A stretch of 64,000 nt of DNA from an uncultured Gammaproteobacteria bacterium (lineage in GTDB: Bacteria > Pseudomonadota > Gammaproteobacteria > UBA9214). The stretch's first letter is position 1. Every line of letters begins with the position of its first letter. A program made the position numbers and the translations under genes. Of this stretch, positions 1-11,418 are shown piece after piece. The notes under the pieces are model-generated. The model saw only the letters and a list, made by a program, of their open reading frames with translations, made no database searches and was not told the origin of the DNA. Location of the stretch: the NCBI GenBank assembly GCA_963710815.1, contig CAVQCA010000157.1, positions 40,271 through 104,270 on the forward strand, read 5' to 3'.

Positions 1-26
1 CATACCGTCCAGTACACTGCCCTGTT

Positions 27-1026
27 TTAAATCCGTTTTGGCTGTTGCCACCACATCGACACGCGGGCCGTACCGGGTGTTATCGCTGCATCGCCGAATA
101 ATACCGCCCTGGCGACGGTATTGGGCACCTCGAAATGACACAGGTGATAGGGGGTGTAGAAGCAGTACAGCGGCCCCTCTCCCAGCTTGTAAAGATTCAG
201 ATAGTGCTGCTGGATCGGATGATCGTGAGTCCCGAGCACGAATACACCCGGACCCGGCTCTGCTCCCACTACGTAATCGACTATCCCGGCCCTCGGTAAG
301 GGCCTCGATCGGATAGAGGTCAACAACCTCTTTCAGGGGAGTGCCGGACGGTACGGTCGGTCCGAACATACCACGCCTGGCTACCCGCATACCTGTGGCA
401 TTTGCAACGATGGCCTGTTCGAACGAAATTTTAGTGCCGTCCGCAAATGACGTCACCATATGCGCTTTCTGCTTCCATTGACGTGCAAATGCTTCCTGCG
501 TTGTCGGGTTCCTGTAAGGATCCTGCAAGCCCTTGATGTTGCCACACAAGACCGGCTTGACGCCTATACCTTTTACGAACCTGTACAGGTTCATTATCAC
601 GCCTGGCTGGTCACCGTCGGCATTGGTGATGACGACACCGGCTTGGTCCGCTTTCACCTTCAGGACAGGGCCGACCGTGCCATCGAGCTCGGCATTCATC
701 ATGATGACGTGTTTGCGGTTTTCAATCGCGGCGAGTACAACTTTCGCTCCGTACTCAACAGCACCGGTCACCTCGATGATAGCGTCGATGCCGGCGGCCT
801 GGCACAAGAGAATCGGATCTTCTGTGATAGCCGGCTGTCCGCGCCTGATGGCATTCTCCAGTTGCCGAACAGTGCCCACTTCACGGATGTCTTCATTTCC
901 CGCTTCCACATAGGCCCGTCTCGCACCGTCTATATGGCGATTGGCGATTGCCACGAGTTCCATACCGGGAACCGACAGATTGATCTGCAGCGCGATACCT
1001 CGCGCCATGAACCCGGCCCCTGCCAT
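27..1026 (-). CDS. SAF-domain NAD(P)-binding oxidoreductase (COG4091-like homoserine-dehydrogenase-like family); single frameshift near 300-335
   Basis: Manual minus-strand translation from ATG at 1026 gives MAGAGFMARGIALQ... (Rossmann GxGxxG) through ...GTPLKEVVDLYPIEA. It then continues only in the frame of listed ORF 27..326 (...GIVDYVVGAEPGPGVFVLG...ARAVLFGDAAITPGTARV, a SAF-like C-terminus). It is absent from the ORF track because the N-terminal frame has no in-window stop. Confidence 0.6.
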
Positions 1027-1122
1027 CGCAACACGTACGGGATTATCGGCCTTTTGACGACCTTTCAGCGCATTGTCGACTGAGAATCACTTCGGTTACC
1101 TCGTTAATAGATGTCGTGGCTT

Positions 1123-1653
1123 TTAATCGGAATAATCCGGCCAGTTGGCATCCTTCCCGGAGATCACCTCGGGCGGACACGGCCATGTTATATCGAATCC
1201 GGGATCATTCCAGCGCAGACCTCTTTCCGCGCCGGGAGTATAAAACTCCGAAACGAAATATGTCGCTTCGGTGTCGTCTTCCAGCGTGACAAAACCATGC
1301 GCAAAATGCGCGGGCACGTAGAGCATTTTGTAGTTTTTCGCCGTGAGTTCAACACCCATCCACTTCTTGTATGTGGGAGAATCGCGACGAAGGTCGACAA
1401 TAACGTCGTAAAGTGCACCCCGCGTGCAGCGGATGAGTTTTGTTTCCTCATACGGCGCGACCTGGTAGTGCATGCCCCGGAGTGTGCCTGCCCTGGCGTT
1501 ATACGATACGTTCGCCTGGGCTACCCGTGCCGCCAGACCATGTTCTTCCAGTTCCTTCTGGCACCAGGTTCTGGCAAAGAAACCGCGGTCATCTTCCAGC
1601 CTGTCCAGCTCAATGATGCATGCACCCTCAAGTTCAACCTTGTAAAATTTCAC
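1123..1653 (-). CDS. rmlC: dTDP/CDP-4-dehydro-6-deoxyhexose 3,5-epimerase (RmlC/RfbC cupin family)
   Basis: 176-aa ORF with the RmlC hallmarks (...RGMHYQ..., ...YVPAHFAHGF...) and typical length. Confidence 0.85.
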   Translation of the reverse strand: MKFYKVELEGACIIELDRLEDDRGFFARTWCQKELEEHGLAARVAQANVSYNARAGTLRGMHYQVAPYEETKLIRCTRGALYDVIVDLRRDSPTYKKWMGVELTAKNYKMLYVPAHFAHGFVTLEDDTEATYFVSEFYTPGAERGLRWNDPGFDITWPCPPEVISGKDANWPDYSD

Positions 1654-1741
1654 CGGGAAGAGCTCCTGCCAAGCAAAATATTCATGATTCCAGACACCTG
1701 TTCTTCTGGCGGAAGGTACAGTTGCCCGTCTCCCGGATCGC

Positions 1742-2788
1742 TCATCGCTGCCAGTGCAACTGGCTGTCCAGGCGCTTCTGCTCCCGGTGCTCGGAAAGAA
1801 CCTTGAGCCGCATCAGCCGGGAATTGCGAAAATCCTGATCGGAGAACCGCATGGATTCCAGTCGCTCCGCCAGATCCTCTATGGCCGTTTTCAGGGTCAT
1901 TCCCGGCTGATGATCCGGAGCCAGCTGCTTATACAGCGAAAAGTCAACCTGATAGGACCGCTTGTCGGCAGGGGCATCCTTGTTTATGGAGACTTTTACA
2001 CCGGGAATAATGCTTGCCACGGCCTCCGCCAGGTCACGGACCTGATAGTTCCAGTCATTGCTTCCGGCATTAAGGGCGAGAAATGTGCCACCTGCGGTAT
2101 TCGGCCGTTTCAACGCCCAGTCCATGGCGATTGCCATATCCTTGACATGAATCAGCGGCCGCCATGGTGTACCGTCGCTCAATACGGTGATCTCTTTTGC
2201 GGCAACCGCGCCGGCCACAAAATCATTCAATACCAGGTCCAGCCGCATACGATCACTTGAACCGCAAGCCGTCGCGAATCTCAGGCTCGTGACGACGAAA
2301 TTTTCGTCCGCAAGCATCTTGAGGTCTTCTTCGGTCTGTATCTTCGATTTGGCATAGGCGGTCAATGGATTCAACGGCGCCTGCTCATTGCGCGCACCGC
2401 CCTCCGCAAATCCGTAGACACTGCAACTGGAGGCGAACACGAAACGGCTTACGCCGGCTTCCTTGGCCATTCTTGCCAGGTTCACACTGGCCTTGTAGTT
2501 TATATCGTAGGTCACGTCCTTGAACCGGTCCCCCATCGGGTCGTTGGAAATCGCGGCGAGATGTATGACTGCATCAACATCGGACAGCAATCCAGATGAC
2601 AGATCGCGCACATCCCCGAAATGTTGCGTGTCCAGACGGCATTCGGGTAACGTTGTCGCACCTGTCAGGCAATGCGCAAAAAATCCCGTGTCATAACCGG
2701 TCAGGACAGACTCCGGAATAGACATGCGCAACCGCTCCAGCAAACGTGGCCCTACATAACCCATATTTCCTGTAATCAGAATTTTCAA
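1742..2788 (-). CDS. NAD-dependent sugar epimerase/dehydratase (SDR family), probably a CDP-sugar epimerase
   Basis: N-terminal KILITGNMGYVG Rossmann motif and SDR-epimerase-like body. The start is probably the TTG preceded by GGGAGG; the listed ORF extends 6 codons further. Confidence 0.75.
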   Translation of the reverse strand: MKILITGNMGYVGPRLLERLRMSIPESVLTGYDTGFFAHCLTGATTLPECRLDTQHFGDVRDLSSGLLSDVDAVIHLAAISNDPMGDRFKDVTYDINYKASVNLARMAKEAGVSRFVFASSCSVYGFAEGGARNEQAPLNPLTAYAKSKIQTEEDLKMLADENFVVTSLRFATACGSSDRMRLDLVLNDFVAGAVAAKEITVLSDGTPWRPLIHVKDMAIAMDWALKRPNTAGGTFLALNAGSNDWNYQVRDLAEAVASIIPGVKVSINKDAPADKRSYQVDFSLYKQLAPDHQPGMTLKTAIEDLAERLESMRFSDQDFRNSRLMRLKVLSEHREQKRLDSQLHWQR

Positions 2789-3002
2789 TCCAGTACCTCC
2801 CAGCAAGTACCTTGCTATAAAGAACCCAAATATACCGGAGTCACATTATCCAATGGCAGGGCTGACATTCTGCGCAACTCACTCATTGGCCCTTGTTAAC
2901 CGCCGTCATTCGTATTTTCCGTAGTCGTCTAACGCCCGGATGGATCATGGCCCGGGGCAACAGCTTGAGATTACCGCAAGGAAGGCAGGCGTCGATCCTG
3001 TC

Positions 3003-3776
3003 CTACCAGACTTTCCATGGCGCCTGCCCGCTTGCCCACAAATCCTCAAGGACGTGTTTGTCGCGCAGGCTATCCATAGGCTGCCAGAACCCGATATGCT
3101 GGTACGCTGCCAGTTCCCCATCGGCAGCAAGCGCTTCCATCGGATCTTTCTCCCAAGTGACCAAGTCACCTGAAATATAGTCCAATACATCGGGTTCCAG
3201 AACGAAGAAGCCACCGTTAACCCACGCACCGTCACCTTCAGGTTTTTCCCTGAACGATTGGACCTTGTCCTGATATTTCTCCAGTCTGAAGGCACCGAAA
3301 CGTCCAGGCGGTTGAACCGCGGTGAGTGTGGCAAGTGTTCCCCGTTTTTCATGAAACGCGATCAGGTCGCTCACGTTCACGTCGCTGACACCATCTCCAT
3401 AAGTAAAACAGAAGGTCTCATCGCCGATAAATTCCTTTACACGCTTCAGCCGACCACCGGTCATGGTGGTTTCTCCTGTATCTACGAGAGTCACTTTCCA
3501 GGGTTCTGCTTCATTGTTGTGGATCTCCCTGGTGTTGTTCTTCAGGTCGAATGTGACATTCGAACAATGAATGTAATAGTTGGCAAAATATTCCTTGATC
3601 ACATGCGCCTTGTAGCCGCAGCAAATGATGAAATCGTTGATCCCGTAGGCTGAATAGATCTTCATGATATGCCAGAGGATAGGTTTCCCGCCGATATCAA
3701 CCATAGGCTTTGGTTTCACGCTGCTTTCTTCGCTAATTCGAGTCCCGTAACCACCAGCAAGAATGACCGCCTTCAC
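3003..3776 (-). CDS. rfbF: glucose-1-phosphate cytidylyltransferase
   Basis: 257-aa ORF starting [36 protein letters not shown], the canonical RfbF/DdhA N-terminus, at the expected length. Confidence 0.9.
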   Translation of the reverse strand: MKAVILAGGYGTRISEESSVKPKPMVDIGGKPILWHIMKIYSAYGINDFIICCGYKAHVIKEYFANYYIHCSNVTFDLKNNTREIHNNEAEPWKVTLVDTGETTMTGGRLKRVKEFIGDETFCFTYGDGVSDVNVSDLIAFHEKRGTLATLTAVQPPGRFGAFRLEKYQDKVQSFREKPEGDGAWVNGGFFVLEPDVLDYISGDLVTWEKDPMEALAADGELAAYQHIGFWQPMDSLRDKHVLEDLWASGQAPWKVW

Positions 3777-3800
3777 GGATTTCCTCCCTGTACTTGTCAG

Positions 3801-5012
3801 TTAATGAATGAGTTCGCGAATTTCCTGGAACGTGTATTCGCTGAATGTCATGGCACAGGTAAACGCCGGTGATACCGCGTTAAGTATATGAAACGATCGA
3901 TCGTCACCTTCCACCCTGAAATCCATTTCAAGTTTTCGTGTAGCGGTATCCAGCAGCTGCGCCCGAATACCCGGCCTTCCCCATTTCGTGTAATACTCCG
4001 TCCGCAAACCATCCATCAGTTCGGCGGCGAGTTCAACGAGACGAGGCCGGTAAATTTTCCAGGTTTCTTCCCAGGCCAGCTTTCTGAAGCCGAAATCGTT
4101 ACGAATGAACAGGTCTGCCTCTCTTGTGATTACCTCGAGAAATTCCCCGAGGCGGAAATTATGCAATCCGCTGTAGTGTTCCCTCCAGAAACAAGGCATG
4201 GCCGTGGGGCCTATCTTGCTTTTGCCTTCAACCGTCACGGTATGGTGCACACCCAGAAACGGGTTACGCAAATCAGGAACCGGATAGATATTTGTCCGAA
4301 GAGGCTCTACCTTTTCATTGGCGTACAAATACAGGCCCTTGAATGGCAGGATACGGTAATGCTGCGCGAACCCGTAATCCTTCGCAATCTTGTCCGCATA
4401 CAGTCCTGCCGCATTGATGACATAACCGGCGGCAATGGCGCCGTTATTCGTAGAGACGACGCCGTTCTTGTGACCCGCGTATTCGACGTTATTAAGAATC
4501 CTGATGCCAGCTCTTCCGGCGTCTGACACGAACTCCCGCATCACCTGCCGCGGGTCCACGCTTGCGGTCGCGGGAGAAAACAGCGCACGCTCACAGGTAC
4601 GCACACGCGGCTCGATTTCCCTCGCTTCAACCTCGGTGATGCTTTCGAGGAGGACGCCGTTACGCTCAGCCCTGGCCAGAAGCTCATCGAGCACCGGCAA
4701 TTCATCAACATTCCTGGCGACGACGAGTTTTCCGCATCGATTGATGCTCAGGCCGCGCTCTATACAATACTCAGTCAGGCGCCTGTTGCCCTCCTTCGTC
4801 AGACGCGCCTTGAGACTGTCCGCTGTATAGTAAAAGCCGGCATGCAGAACACCGCTGTTACGCCCGCTCGCATGCTCACCGCAACCCGCCTCTTTATCAA
4901 TCAGGGTTACACTGCTGTCGGGAAAGTGCCGTTTCGCCTGCAGCGCGATATTCACACCAACCACGCCTCCACCGATTATAAGAAAATCACTTGTCGTCAT
5001 AATCACCGGCAC
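3801..5012 (-). CDS. FAD-dependent oxidoreductase, L-2-hydroxyglutarate oxidase (LhgO/YgaF)-like
   Basis: N-terminal DFLIIGGGVVG dinucleotide-binding motif and DAO-family body; 403 aa. Confidence 0.7.
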   Translation of the reverse strand: MPVIMTTSDFLIIGGGVVGVNIALQAKRHFPDSSVTLIDKEAGCGEHASGRNSGVLHAGFYYTADSLKARLTKEGNRRLTEYCIERGLSINRCGKLVVARNVDELPVLDELLARAERNGVLLESITEVEAREIEPRVRTCERALFSPATASVDPRQVMREFVSDAGRAGIRILNNVEYAGHKNGVVSTNNGAIAAGYVINAAGLYADKIAKDYGFAQHYRILPFKGLYLYANEKVEPLRTNIYPVPDLRNPFLGVHHTVTVEGKSKIGPTAMPCFWREHYSGLHNFRLGEFLEVITREADLFIRNDFGFRKLAWEETWKIYRPRLVELAAELMDGLRTEYYTKWGRPGIRAQLLDTATRKLEMDFRVEGDDRSFHILNAVSPAFTCAMTFSEYTFQEIRELIH

Positions 5013-5081
5013 CGGTATTCGCTGATTTGAGAGCGCTTGTTCATTTCAGACTTCGTCACTGGAACTCATCGACCATGGGCC

Positions 5082-6728
5082 CTAGCCAGGCAGCAGGCCT
5101 CTTGCACCCATGATCAGACCGGCAGCCATGGCCCCGAGGGTCAACCCGCTCCAACCGCCGCGCTTCTCGGTAATCAGCAGCTCGCTGGCGTAGAACAGAA
5201 CTATCATCTGTACGACGAAAGCAACACTGCCGCTACCCCACAGATGACCACGCGAGATGATCAATACCGCCAGCAGGCAAAAGGCTACCAGATAATCGGT
5301 CGCCGTCAGCTCGAACTCGATCTTGCGCCGGCGCGGCGAAAACTTCACGGCCGCTGCAAATGCGACCGCTATCAGGACAAAGAACAGCGCTTCCGCCAAC
5401 TCAGCATAACCTGACCAGTAGTGTGGCTGGTAAGTCGCCCAAAGATAGCCGACCTGGGCGGTGATGATATAAATCATGGCCCGGTGGAGTAGCGTGTGAA
5501 AACGCCTGCGCGCTACAAGATCAAGCATGATCATGGCGGACACCAGCAGCGAAGTCTTGGCGAAATAATCGGGCACGTAGGCAACGAACAGGCTGCCGGC
5601 TACCATGAAAAACGGGATACTCACGGACAGGTAGCGGCGTGGAAGAACCACAAGGAGGTTCCTGAGCGCGTCATGATCCATAACCCTGGCATGGTCCGGA
5701 TGGTGCGCCGGTTTCTTGAGTTTCCAGCCACTACGCTCCGCGATATGGATTGCGGCGAATATCACCAGGCAATAGGCCAGGTATACGCCCGTAACAAGAA
5801 TATCGGGCCCCTCGCGCAGCAGCACTCCGGTTGTCACGAAGATCATCTGCAGCGAATAGATGATAATCACCGATTCACGATGGACAAAGCCGAGATCGAG
5901 AAGGCGATGGTGTATATGATTGCGCGTCGCGCGGAAGATATTCATGCCACCGCGGGCTCGCTTGAACAGAACCACCAGAATATCCGCGATTGGCAGGCCC
6001 AGTAACAGCAGCACAACGGCCGGACTGAGATCGGTGTCAACTCTTTGGGTGAGCAGAATGGCAAGAAATGCCAGTGTATAACCGATGAACTGGCTGCCGG
6101 AGTCCCCCATGAACACCCGCGCCGGGTAGGTGTTATAGCGCAGGAATCCCAGGATACTGCCTACGACCGTAAAGGCGATGGTCAATGTCAGATAGCCATC
6201 CGTGGCGAAAAACGCCAGCAATCCGATAGCCCCGAGGCTGAAAAGCGATTCGCCACCGGCCAGACCGTCCAGACCATCCGAGTGGTTGATGGCATTGATC
6301 ATGCCTACAATTGCAAACAGGGTGAAGGCAGTGCCGAAGCCCGGAGAGACTTCTCCTCCCGGTACAAACGGGAACCGTATTACATATAAATCCCCGTAGA
6401 TTATTACGATCAGTGCGGCAATAAACTGTCCGACAAACTTGGGATAATGGCCGATTTCGTAAACATCGTCCCACAGACCGAAGATAAACAGCACACAGGC
6501 CCCGTAAACGTACGCCAGAGTCGTATTATCGGGCGTGAGCAACAGCAAGAGAGGCACCAGGCTGCCGATGACGATACCGATTCCGCCAACCCTGGGGATG
6601 GGGGTGGCATGGATTTTACGCTGAGTGGGGATATCCACCAGCCTGAAACGTGGTGCAAACCGGGACATCAGTGGTATCAGCACCATACTGATGTCCATTG
6701 CCGCAACCAACGCCACGAGATTATTCAT
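5082..6728 (-). CDS. undecaprenyl-phosphate N-acetylhexosamine-1-phosphate transferase (GT4 MraY/WecA/WbpL family) with an extended C-terminal membrane domain
   Basis: Polytopic membrane protein with the WecA/MraY motifs DDxxE-like (WDDVYEIG) and VFMGDSGSQFIGY. At 548 aa it is about 200 aa longer than WecA. Confidence 0.8.
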   Translation of the reverse strand: MNNLVALVAAMDISMVLIPLMSRFAPRFRLVDIPTQRKIHATPIPRVGGIGIVIGSLVPLLLLLTPDNTTLAYVYGACVLFIFGLWDDVYEIGHYPKFVGQFIAALIVIIYGDLYVIRFPFVPGGEVSPGFGTAFTLFAIVGMINAINHSDGLDGLAGGESLFSLGAIGLLAFFATDGYLTLTIAFTVVGSILGFLRYNTYPARVFMGDSGSQFIGYTLAFLAILLTQRVDTDLSPAVVLLLLGLPIADILVVLFKRARGGMNIFRATRNHIHHRLLDLGFVHRESVIIIYSLQMIFVTTGVLLREGPDILVTGVYLAYCLVIFAAIHIAERSGWKLKKPAHHPDHARVMDHDALRNLLVVLPRRYLSVSIPFFMVAGSLFVAYVPDYFAKTSLLVSAMIMLDLVARRRFHTLLHRAMIYIITAQVGYLWATYQPHYWSGYAELAEALFFVLIAVAFAAAVKFSPRRRKIEFELTATDYLVAFCLLAVLIISRGHLWGSGSVAFVVQMIVLFYASELLITEKRGGWSGLTLGAMAAGLIMGARGLLPG

Positions 6729-7249
6729 TGTGCTCCATATTGATAACCGTCACAGAGACGTTACGAGCGATACGACCCATGACAAGGTATTGGTTTTTTT
6801 GAAGCATCACCCGTACCGAGGCCACGCTGAATTCCAATTTCGGTCCTGCCAGGCATGCTATCGGCCCGAGAACTCTCCTGCTTGAACGGTTGCTGATTTG
6901 ATATTAGGGAGAAAGCCCGGGGATTGGCAGGCTTAGGGAAGGATGTCCCGGAGGATATATCCACAAATCAGAGTGCATCGTAATTCCTGATTGTAACCCG
7001 GGTACCGGTCTGGCCCGGGCGGTATAGCAAACACGGCGTGAAAACGAGTGCAACAGACTACTCCCGAGTCCGAAAGATGCTGGACCACTGCTGGGTTCTG
7101 TGCATTGCTCACTTTGCCGGGGTAAATATGCCAGATTGTGGGACAAGGATATCGCACTCCTTTCGGGAGAATCAACCACAAGAAACCCACCCTGGAGCCG
7201 CCCGAGTCGTGATTCATGCGTCCCTCCGGCCGCAACCCGGCGCATCGCC

Positions 7250-8077
7250 TCAACCATAGCGCCCGGTGATGTAATCTTCCGTCTGCTGCTTTTCGGGTTT
7301 GGTGAACATCTTCTCGGTCTCACTGAACTCCACCAGGCGGCCCAGGTACATGAACCCGGTATAGTCGGAGACCCGCGCTGCTTGCTGCATGTTGTGGGTG
7401 ACGATGGCGATGGTGTAGTCTTCCTTCAGTTCGTGTACCAGCTCCTCGATGCGCAGCGTGGAAATGGGATCCAGGGCCGAGGCCGGTTCGTCGAGCAACA
7501 GCACCTCCGGCCTGACCGCAACGGCGCGCGCGATACACAAACGCTGCTGCTGGCCGCCGGAGAGCTGCGTGCCGTTCTGGCGCAGGATATTCTTCACCTC
7601 GTCCCACAGCGCCGCCTTGCGCAAGGCCCACTCCACCCGCTCATCCATGTCGCCTCTGCCGAGCCGTTCATAAAGCCGCACCCCGAATGCCACGTTGTCG
7701 TAGATCGACATGGGAAACGGCGTAGGCTTCTGAAACACCATGCCGACCTTGGCCCGCAACCGGTTGAGATCCTGGCGAGGATCGAGAATGTTCTGGTCGT
7801 CCAGGATAATCTCACCCTCCGCACGCTGTCCGTGGTAAAGGTTGTAGATCCGGTTGAAGGCGCGCAAAAGGGTGGACTTGCCGCATCCGGAAGGGCCAAT
7901 AAACGCGGTGACGCGGCGCTCCGGTACCTCCAGGCTAATATCGTGCAAGGCCTTGTAGCGGCCATAGTAAAAATTCAGGTTGCGCACCAGGATCTTGCTG
8001 GCGGATCGTGTTCCGGCGACCGGGTCGGCAGTGACTCCGGTCCGCTTGTTGTTGAAAAGCTTGTTCATTGCATGCAT
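7250..8077 (-). CDS. pstB: phosphate ABC transporter ATP-binding protein
   Basis: Near-identical to the PstB pattern ([30 protein letters not shown]-terminal [10 protein letters not shown]). Start chosen at MHAMNKLF by alignment; the listed ORF is 5'-extended. Confidence 0.9.
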   Translation of the reverse strand: MHAMNKLFNNKRTGVTADPVAGTRSASKILVRNLNFYYGRYKALHDISLEVPERRVTAFIGPSGCGKSTLLRAFNRIYNLYHGQRAEGEIILDDQNILDPRQDLNRLRAKVGMVFQKPTPFPMSIYDNVAFGVRLYERLGRGDMDERVEWALRKAALWDEVKNILRQNGTQLSGGQQQRLCIARAVAVRPEVLLLDEPASALDPISTLRIEELVHELKEDYTIAIVTHNMQQAARVSDYTGFMYLGRLVEFSETEKMFTKPEKQQTEDYITGRYG

Positions 8078-8105
8078 AGGGATGGCTTCTTTTTGCTGTA
8101 CACCG

Positions 8106-9017
8106 TCAATGGCTAACGGGACGGCCGCGGAGCAGGACCCGTACCAGGATATTGAGTACCAGGATACTGGCGGTAATGAGCAGCGCTCCGGCCCATGCAA
8201 GATGGTGCCAATCCTCGTAAGGGCTCATGGCGAACTGGAAAATCACCACCGGCAGATTGGCAATGGGTTGATTGAGAGACGTGCTCCAGAACTGGTTGTT
8301 GAGCGCCGTGAACAGCAGCGGCGCGGTCTCGCCACTGATGCGGGCAACCGCAAGCAGGACGCCGGTCATGATGCCGGCGCGGGCCGCGCGGTATACGACA
8401 TGCATTACCACCTTCCATTGCGGGGCGCCGAGCGCAGCGGCCGCTTCCCGCAACGACTCGGGCACCAGCCGCAGCATGTCCTCGGTGGTACGCACCACCA
8501 CTGGCAGGACGATAAAGGACAGGGCGAGCGCCCCGGCCCAGCCGGAGAAGTGTCCGGTACGCACCACCACCAGCTCATAGACAAATACGCCGATGATAAT
8601 GGATGGCGCGCTGAGCAGCACGTCATTCACGAAGCGCACCGTCGAGGAAATCCGGCTGTTGCGCCCGAACTCGGCCAGATAAGTCCCCGCCAGCACCCCG
8701 GCCGGCGTTCCGATGGCAACCCCGACGCCCGTCATCAGCAGGCTGCCAAGGATGGCATTTGCCAATCCCCCGGCGCTTCCCGGGGGCGGCGTGCTTTGGG
8801 TGAAAACGTCCCATCTCAACCACGGCAGACCGGCACTTACCAGCGTCCACAGCAACCAGGCGAGCCAGAACAGGCCGAAGAGCGTTGCAAGCAGAGACAG
8901 ACCCATGTAGAAAACATTCACCAGGCGACGCCGCGTGTACAGGCCGATCCTTGTTTGTCGTCTGCGCGACAGCGCACGCTCGATACCCTTTCCTGGTAAT
9001 TCTTCCGAAGATTGCAT
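8106..9017 (-). CDS. pstA: phosphate ABC transporter permease PstA
   Basis: Collinear with E. coli PstA (…FINDILLSAPSI…[17 protein letters not shown]… equivalents). Start placed at MQSSEE; the listed ORF is 5'-extended. Confidence 0.85.
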   Translation of the reverse strand: MQSSEELPGKGIERALSRRRQTRIGLYTRRRLVNVFYMGLSLLATLFGLFWLAWLLWTLVSAGLPWLRWDVFTQSTPPPGSAGGLANAILGSLLMTGVGVAIGTPAGVLAGTYLAEFGRNSRISSTVRFVNDVLLSAPSIIIGVFVYELVVVRTGHFSGWAGALALSFIVLPVVVRTTEDMLRLVPESLREAAAALGAPQWKVVMHVVYRAARAGIMTGVLLAVARISGETAPLLFTALNNQFWSTSLNQPIANLPVVIFQFAMSPYEDWHHLAWAGALLITASILVLNILVRVLLRGRPVSH

Positions 9018-9099
9018 CCCCACCGCCTCTAGAAACCTGTTGTCAGGCAGAACCAGTCGCGACAACCAACCTGACGCGGGACGTGAGTCGTGATCGACC

Positions 9100-10065
9100 T
9101 CATGTTCGCATCCCTTCATTAGCGGCGAGGCGCGCCAGCATGAGTTTGGCCAGCGCCAGCACCACTGCCGTAATGCCGAAAAGAATCAATCCGAGAGCGA
9201 TCAACGATGACGTATACATCTCGCCCACCGCTTCCGTGAATTCGTTGGCGAGTGCGGAGGAAATGGTATTGCCGGGCATGAACAGCGACGCACTCAGGTT
9301 GTGGGCGTTGCCGATGACGAAAGTCACCGCCATGGTCTCTCCCAGGGCGCGTCCCAGGCCCAGCATAATCCCTCCCACCACACCCACCCGGGCGTAGGGA
9401 AACACCACGTTGCGCACCACCTCCCAGGTCGTGGCTCCCACCCCGTAGGCCGATTCCTTGAGGACTGCGGGCACCACCTCAAACACATCGCGCATAACGG
9501 AAGCGACAAACGGGATCACCATCACCGACAGGATCAACCCGGCGGTAAACACGCCGATTCCCATGGGGGGCCCCTGAAACAGGGCGCCTACCACCGGCCA
9601 GTTTCCCAGGTGATCGGTGACCCAGGGTTGCACATACTCGGCAAAGAGAGGCGCGAAGACGAACAAGCCCCACATGCCGTAAATGATGCTTGGTACCGCC
9701 GCCAGCAGCTCCACCGCGATGCCTACCGGTCGCTTGAGCCAGGGAGGGGCCATCTCCGTGATAAACAACGCAATACCGAAGCTCACGGGTACCGCAATGA
9801 GCATGGCAATCAACGAAGTCACCAGGGTTCCCACGATGGGAACCAGCGCGCCGAACCGCTCGGTAACAGGGTTCCATTCGCTGCTGACGAGGAACCCCGG
9901 GCCGAAGCGATCGAGGGCAGGCCATGCACCCACGGCGAGGGAAGCCAGAATAGCCGCCACCAGGACCAGCACCGCCACGGCAAAAAGCCGGGTTACACCC
10001 CGGAATGCCCAGTCCAGGCGCACCGCCCTGCGTTGCTGAACTAGCGTCCGATCCAGCCGGTCCAC
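9100..10065 (-). CDS. pstC: phosphate ABC transporter permease PstC
   Basis: 321-aa polytopic permease with the PstC-like EAA loop region (…[18 protein letters not shown]…). Confidence 0.85.
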   Translation of the reverse strand: MDRLDRTLVQQRRAVRLDWAFRGVTRLFAVAVLVLVAAILASLAVGAWPALDRFGPGFLVSSEWNPVTERFGALVPIVGTLVTSLIAMLIAVPVSFGIALFITEMAPPWLKRPVGIAVELLAAVPSIIYGMWGLFVFAPLFAEYVQPWVTDHLGNWPVVGALFQGPPMGIGVFTAGLILSVMVIPFVASVMRDVFEVVPAVLKESAYGVGATTWEVVRNVVFPYARVGVVGGIMLGLGRALGETMAVTFVIGNAHNLSASLFMPGNTISSALANEFTEAVGEMYTSSLIALGLILFGITAVVLALAKLMLARLAANEGMRT

Positions 10066-10212
10066 ACTTATCCCCCAACCAAATACAGGTAATAATGCTT
10101 AATGCGGAAACACGGGGGGCTGCCTGAAGCAGCCCCCCGCCATCCCTGTTGGCCCCCATACACCCGGGGCCAAGCCACCATTTCCGGCTTCAGTGCACGG
10201 CGATCCCGCCAT

Positions 10213-11281
10213 TTATTGCGCCGCGGACCACACCGGCGCACCGTCCGGCCCACTGATAGCGCTGGCCCAGGTCTTTTCCACCAGTTCGACCACATTGGCC
10301 GGCATGGGCACGTAATCGAGTCCTTCCGCCATCTTCTGGCCGTTATGATACGCCCAGTCGAAGAATTTGAGCACCGCCGCGCCAAGCTTCGGATCGCTGC
10401 TGGCTCTTGTAGACCAGGATGAAGGACGCGCCTGTGATAGGCCAACTCTCCGCGCCCGGCTGGTCGGTCAATACCATATAGAATCCGGGGGCATGGGTCC
10501 AGTCCGCGTTCGCGGCGGCGGCCTGGAAGGTCTCGCTGTTCGGCTCGACGAAATTGCCAGCCTCGTTGCGCAGCTTCACGTGGTTCATCTTGTTCTGCAG
10601 GGCATAGGCATACTCCACGTAGCCAATGGAGCCCTTGAACTGTATCACGTTGGCGGCCACGCCCTCATTGCCCTTGCCACCGTAGCCGACAGGCCAGGAT
10701 ACCGCCTTTTCGTTGCCGACCTTGGACTTCCACTCCCCGCTTACCTTGCTCAGGTAGTTGGTGAAGATCCAGGTGGTGCCCGAACCATCGGAGCGATGAA
10801 CCACGGAGATAGCCATACCAGGCAGCTTCATACCCGGGTTGAGGCTGGCGATTGCCGGATCGTTCCACTTCTTCACTTTGCCCAGATAAATGTCGGCAAG
10901 CACCTTGCCGTCGAGCTTGAGGGCGCCCCGTTGCACGCCAGGCAGGTTCACTACCGGCACCACACCGCCCATGATCATGGGAAACTGCAGAAGGCCGGAC
11001 TTGTCCAGGTCATCAGGCTTCAGGGGGGCATCCGAGGCGCCGAAGTTAACGGTTCTGGCCTTGATCTGTTTGATGCCGCCACCCGATCCAATGGACTGAT
11101 AGTTCATCTTGACGCCGGTCCTGGCCGCATAGGCCTCGGCCCATTTGGCATAAACCGGGTAGGGAAAGGTTGCGCCGGCTCCGGATATGAACTGCACATC
11201 GGCTGCCGCGACGCCGGTAGTGACGGCCCAGCACGACAGCGCGAACAGCGCGGCCAACCATTTCGCAGCGTGTTTCATCAT
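10213..11281 (-). CDS. pstS: phosphate-binding periplasmic protein PstS; 1-bp frameshift near 10400-10420
   Basis: Signal peptide MKHAAKWLAALFALS and the canonical PstS body (ISGAGATFPYPVYAKWA…). The listed frame ends aberrantly (…SQQRSEAWRGGAQILRLGVS*). The adjacent frame continues with the canonical C-terminus AVLKFFDWAYHNGQKMAEGLDYVPMPANVVELVEKTWASAISGP…AAQ* to the stop at 10213. Confidence 0.8.
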
Positions 11282-11375
11282 GATCATCTCCTTGAGTTTT
11301 TCGTTTGCATGAGCCGTCCCGGGTGGGGCGTTCTCAAGCTCGGTTGCCATCCCGAAGGACAGGCGCGACACAATA

Positions 11376-11418
11376 ATGCAGTCATATGTCGATTGTATTA
11401 CAGCGATGTCACAACTTT
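11376..11418 (-). promoter_or_regulatory. candidate Pho box (PhoB-binding 7-bp repeats at 11-bp periodicity) upstream of pstS
   Basis: On the pstS coding strand: CTGTAAT-acaa-TCGACAT-atga-CTGCATT. This resembles CTGTCAT-N4 repeats and sits about 95 nt upstream of the pstS ATG. Confidence 0.3.

Noticed and set aside
460-1083. Plus-strand ORFs 460..1083 and 533..913
   Set aside because: They are antisense shadows of the minus-strand SAF-domain oxidoreductase gene; the plus-frame peptides have no protein-like features.
7018-7029. ops/JUMPstart-like GGCGGTATAGCA as an RfaH recruitment site for the LPS genes
   Set aside because: It is on the strand opposite to the downstream LPS operon and has two mismatches to GGCGGTAGCGTG.
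6729-7249. Search for a frameshifted phoU downstream of pstB
   Set aside because: No frame on the minus strand shows PhoU-like sequence, and only 520 bp are available against about 700 needed; phoU appears genuinely absent here.
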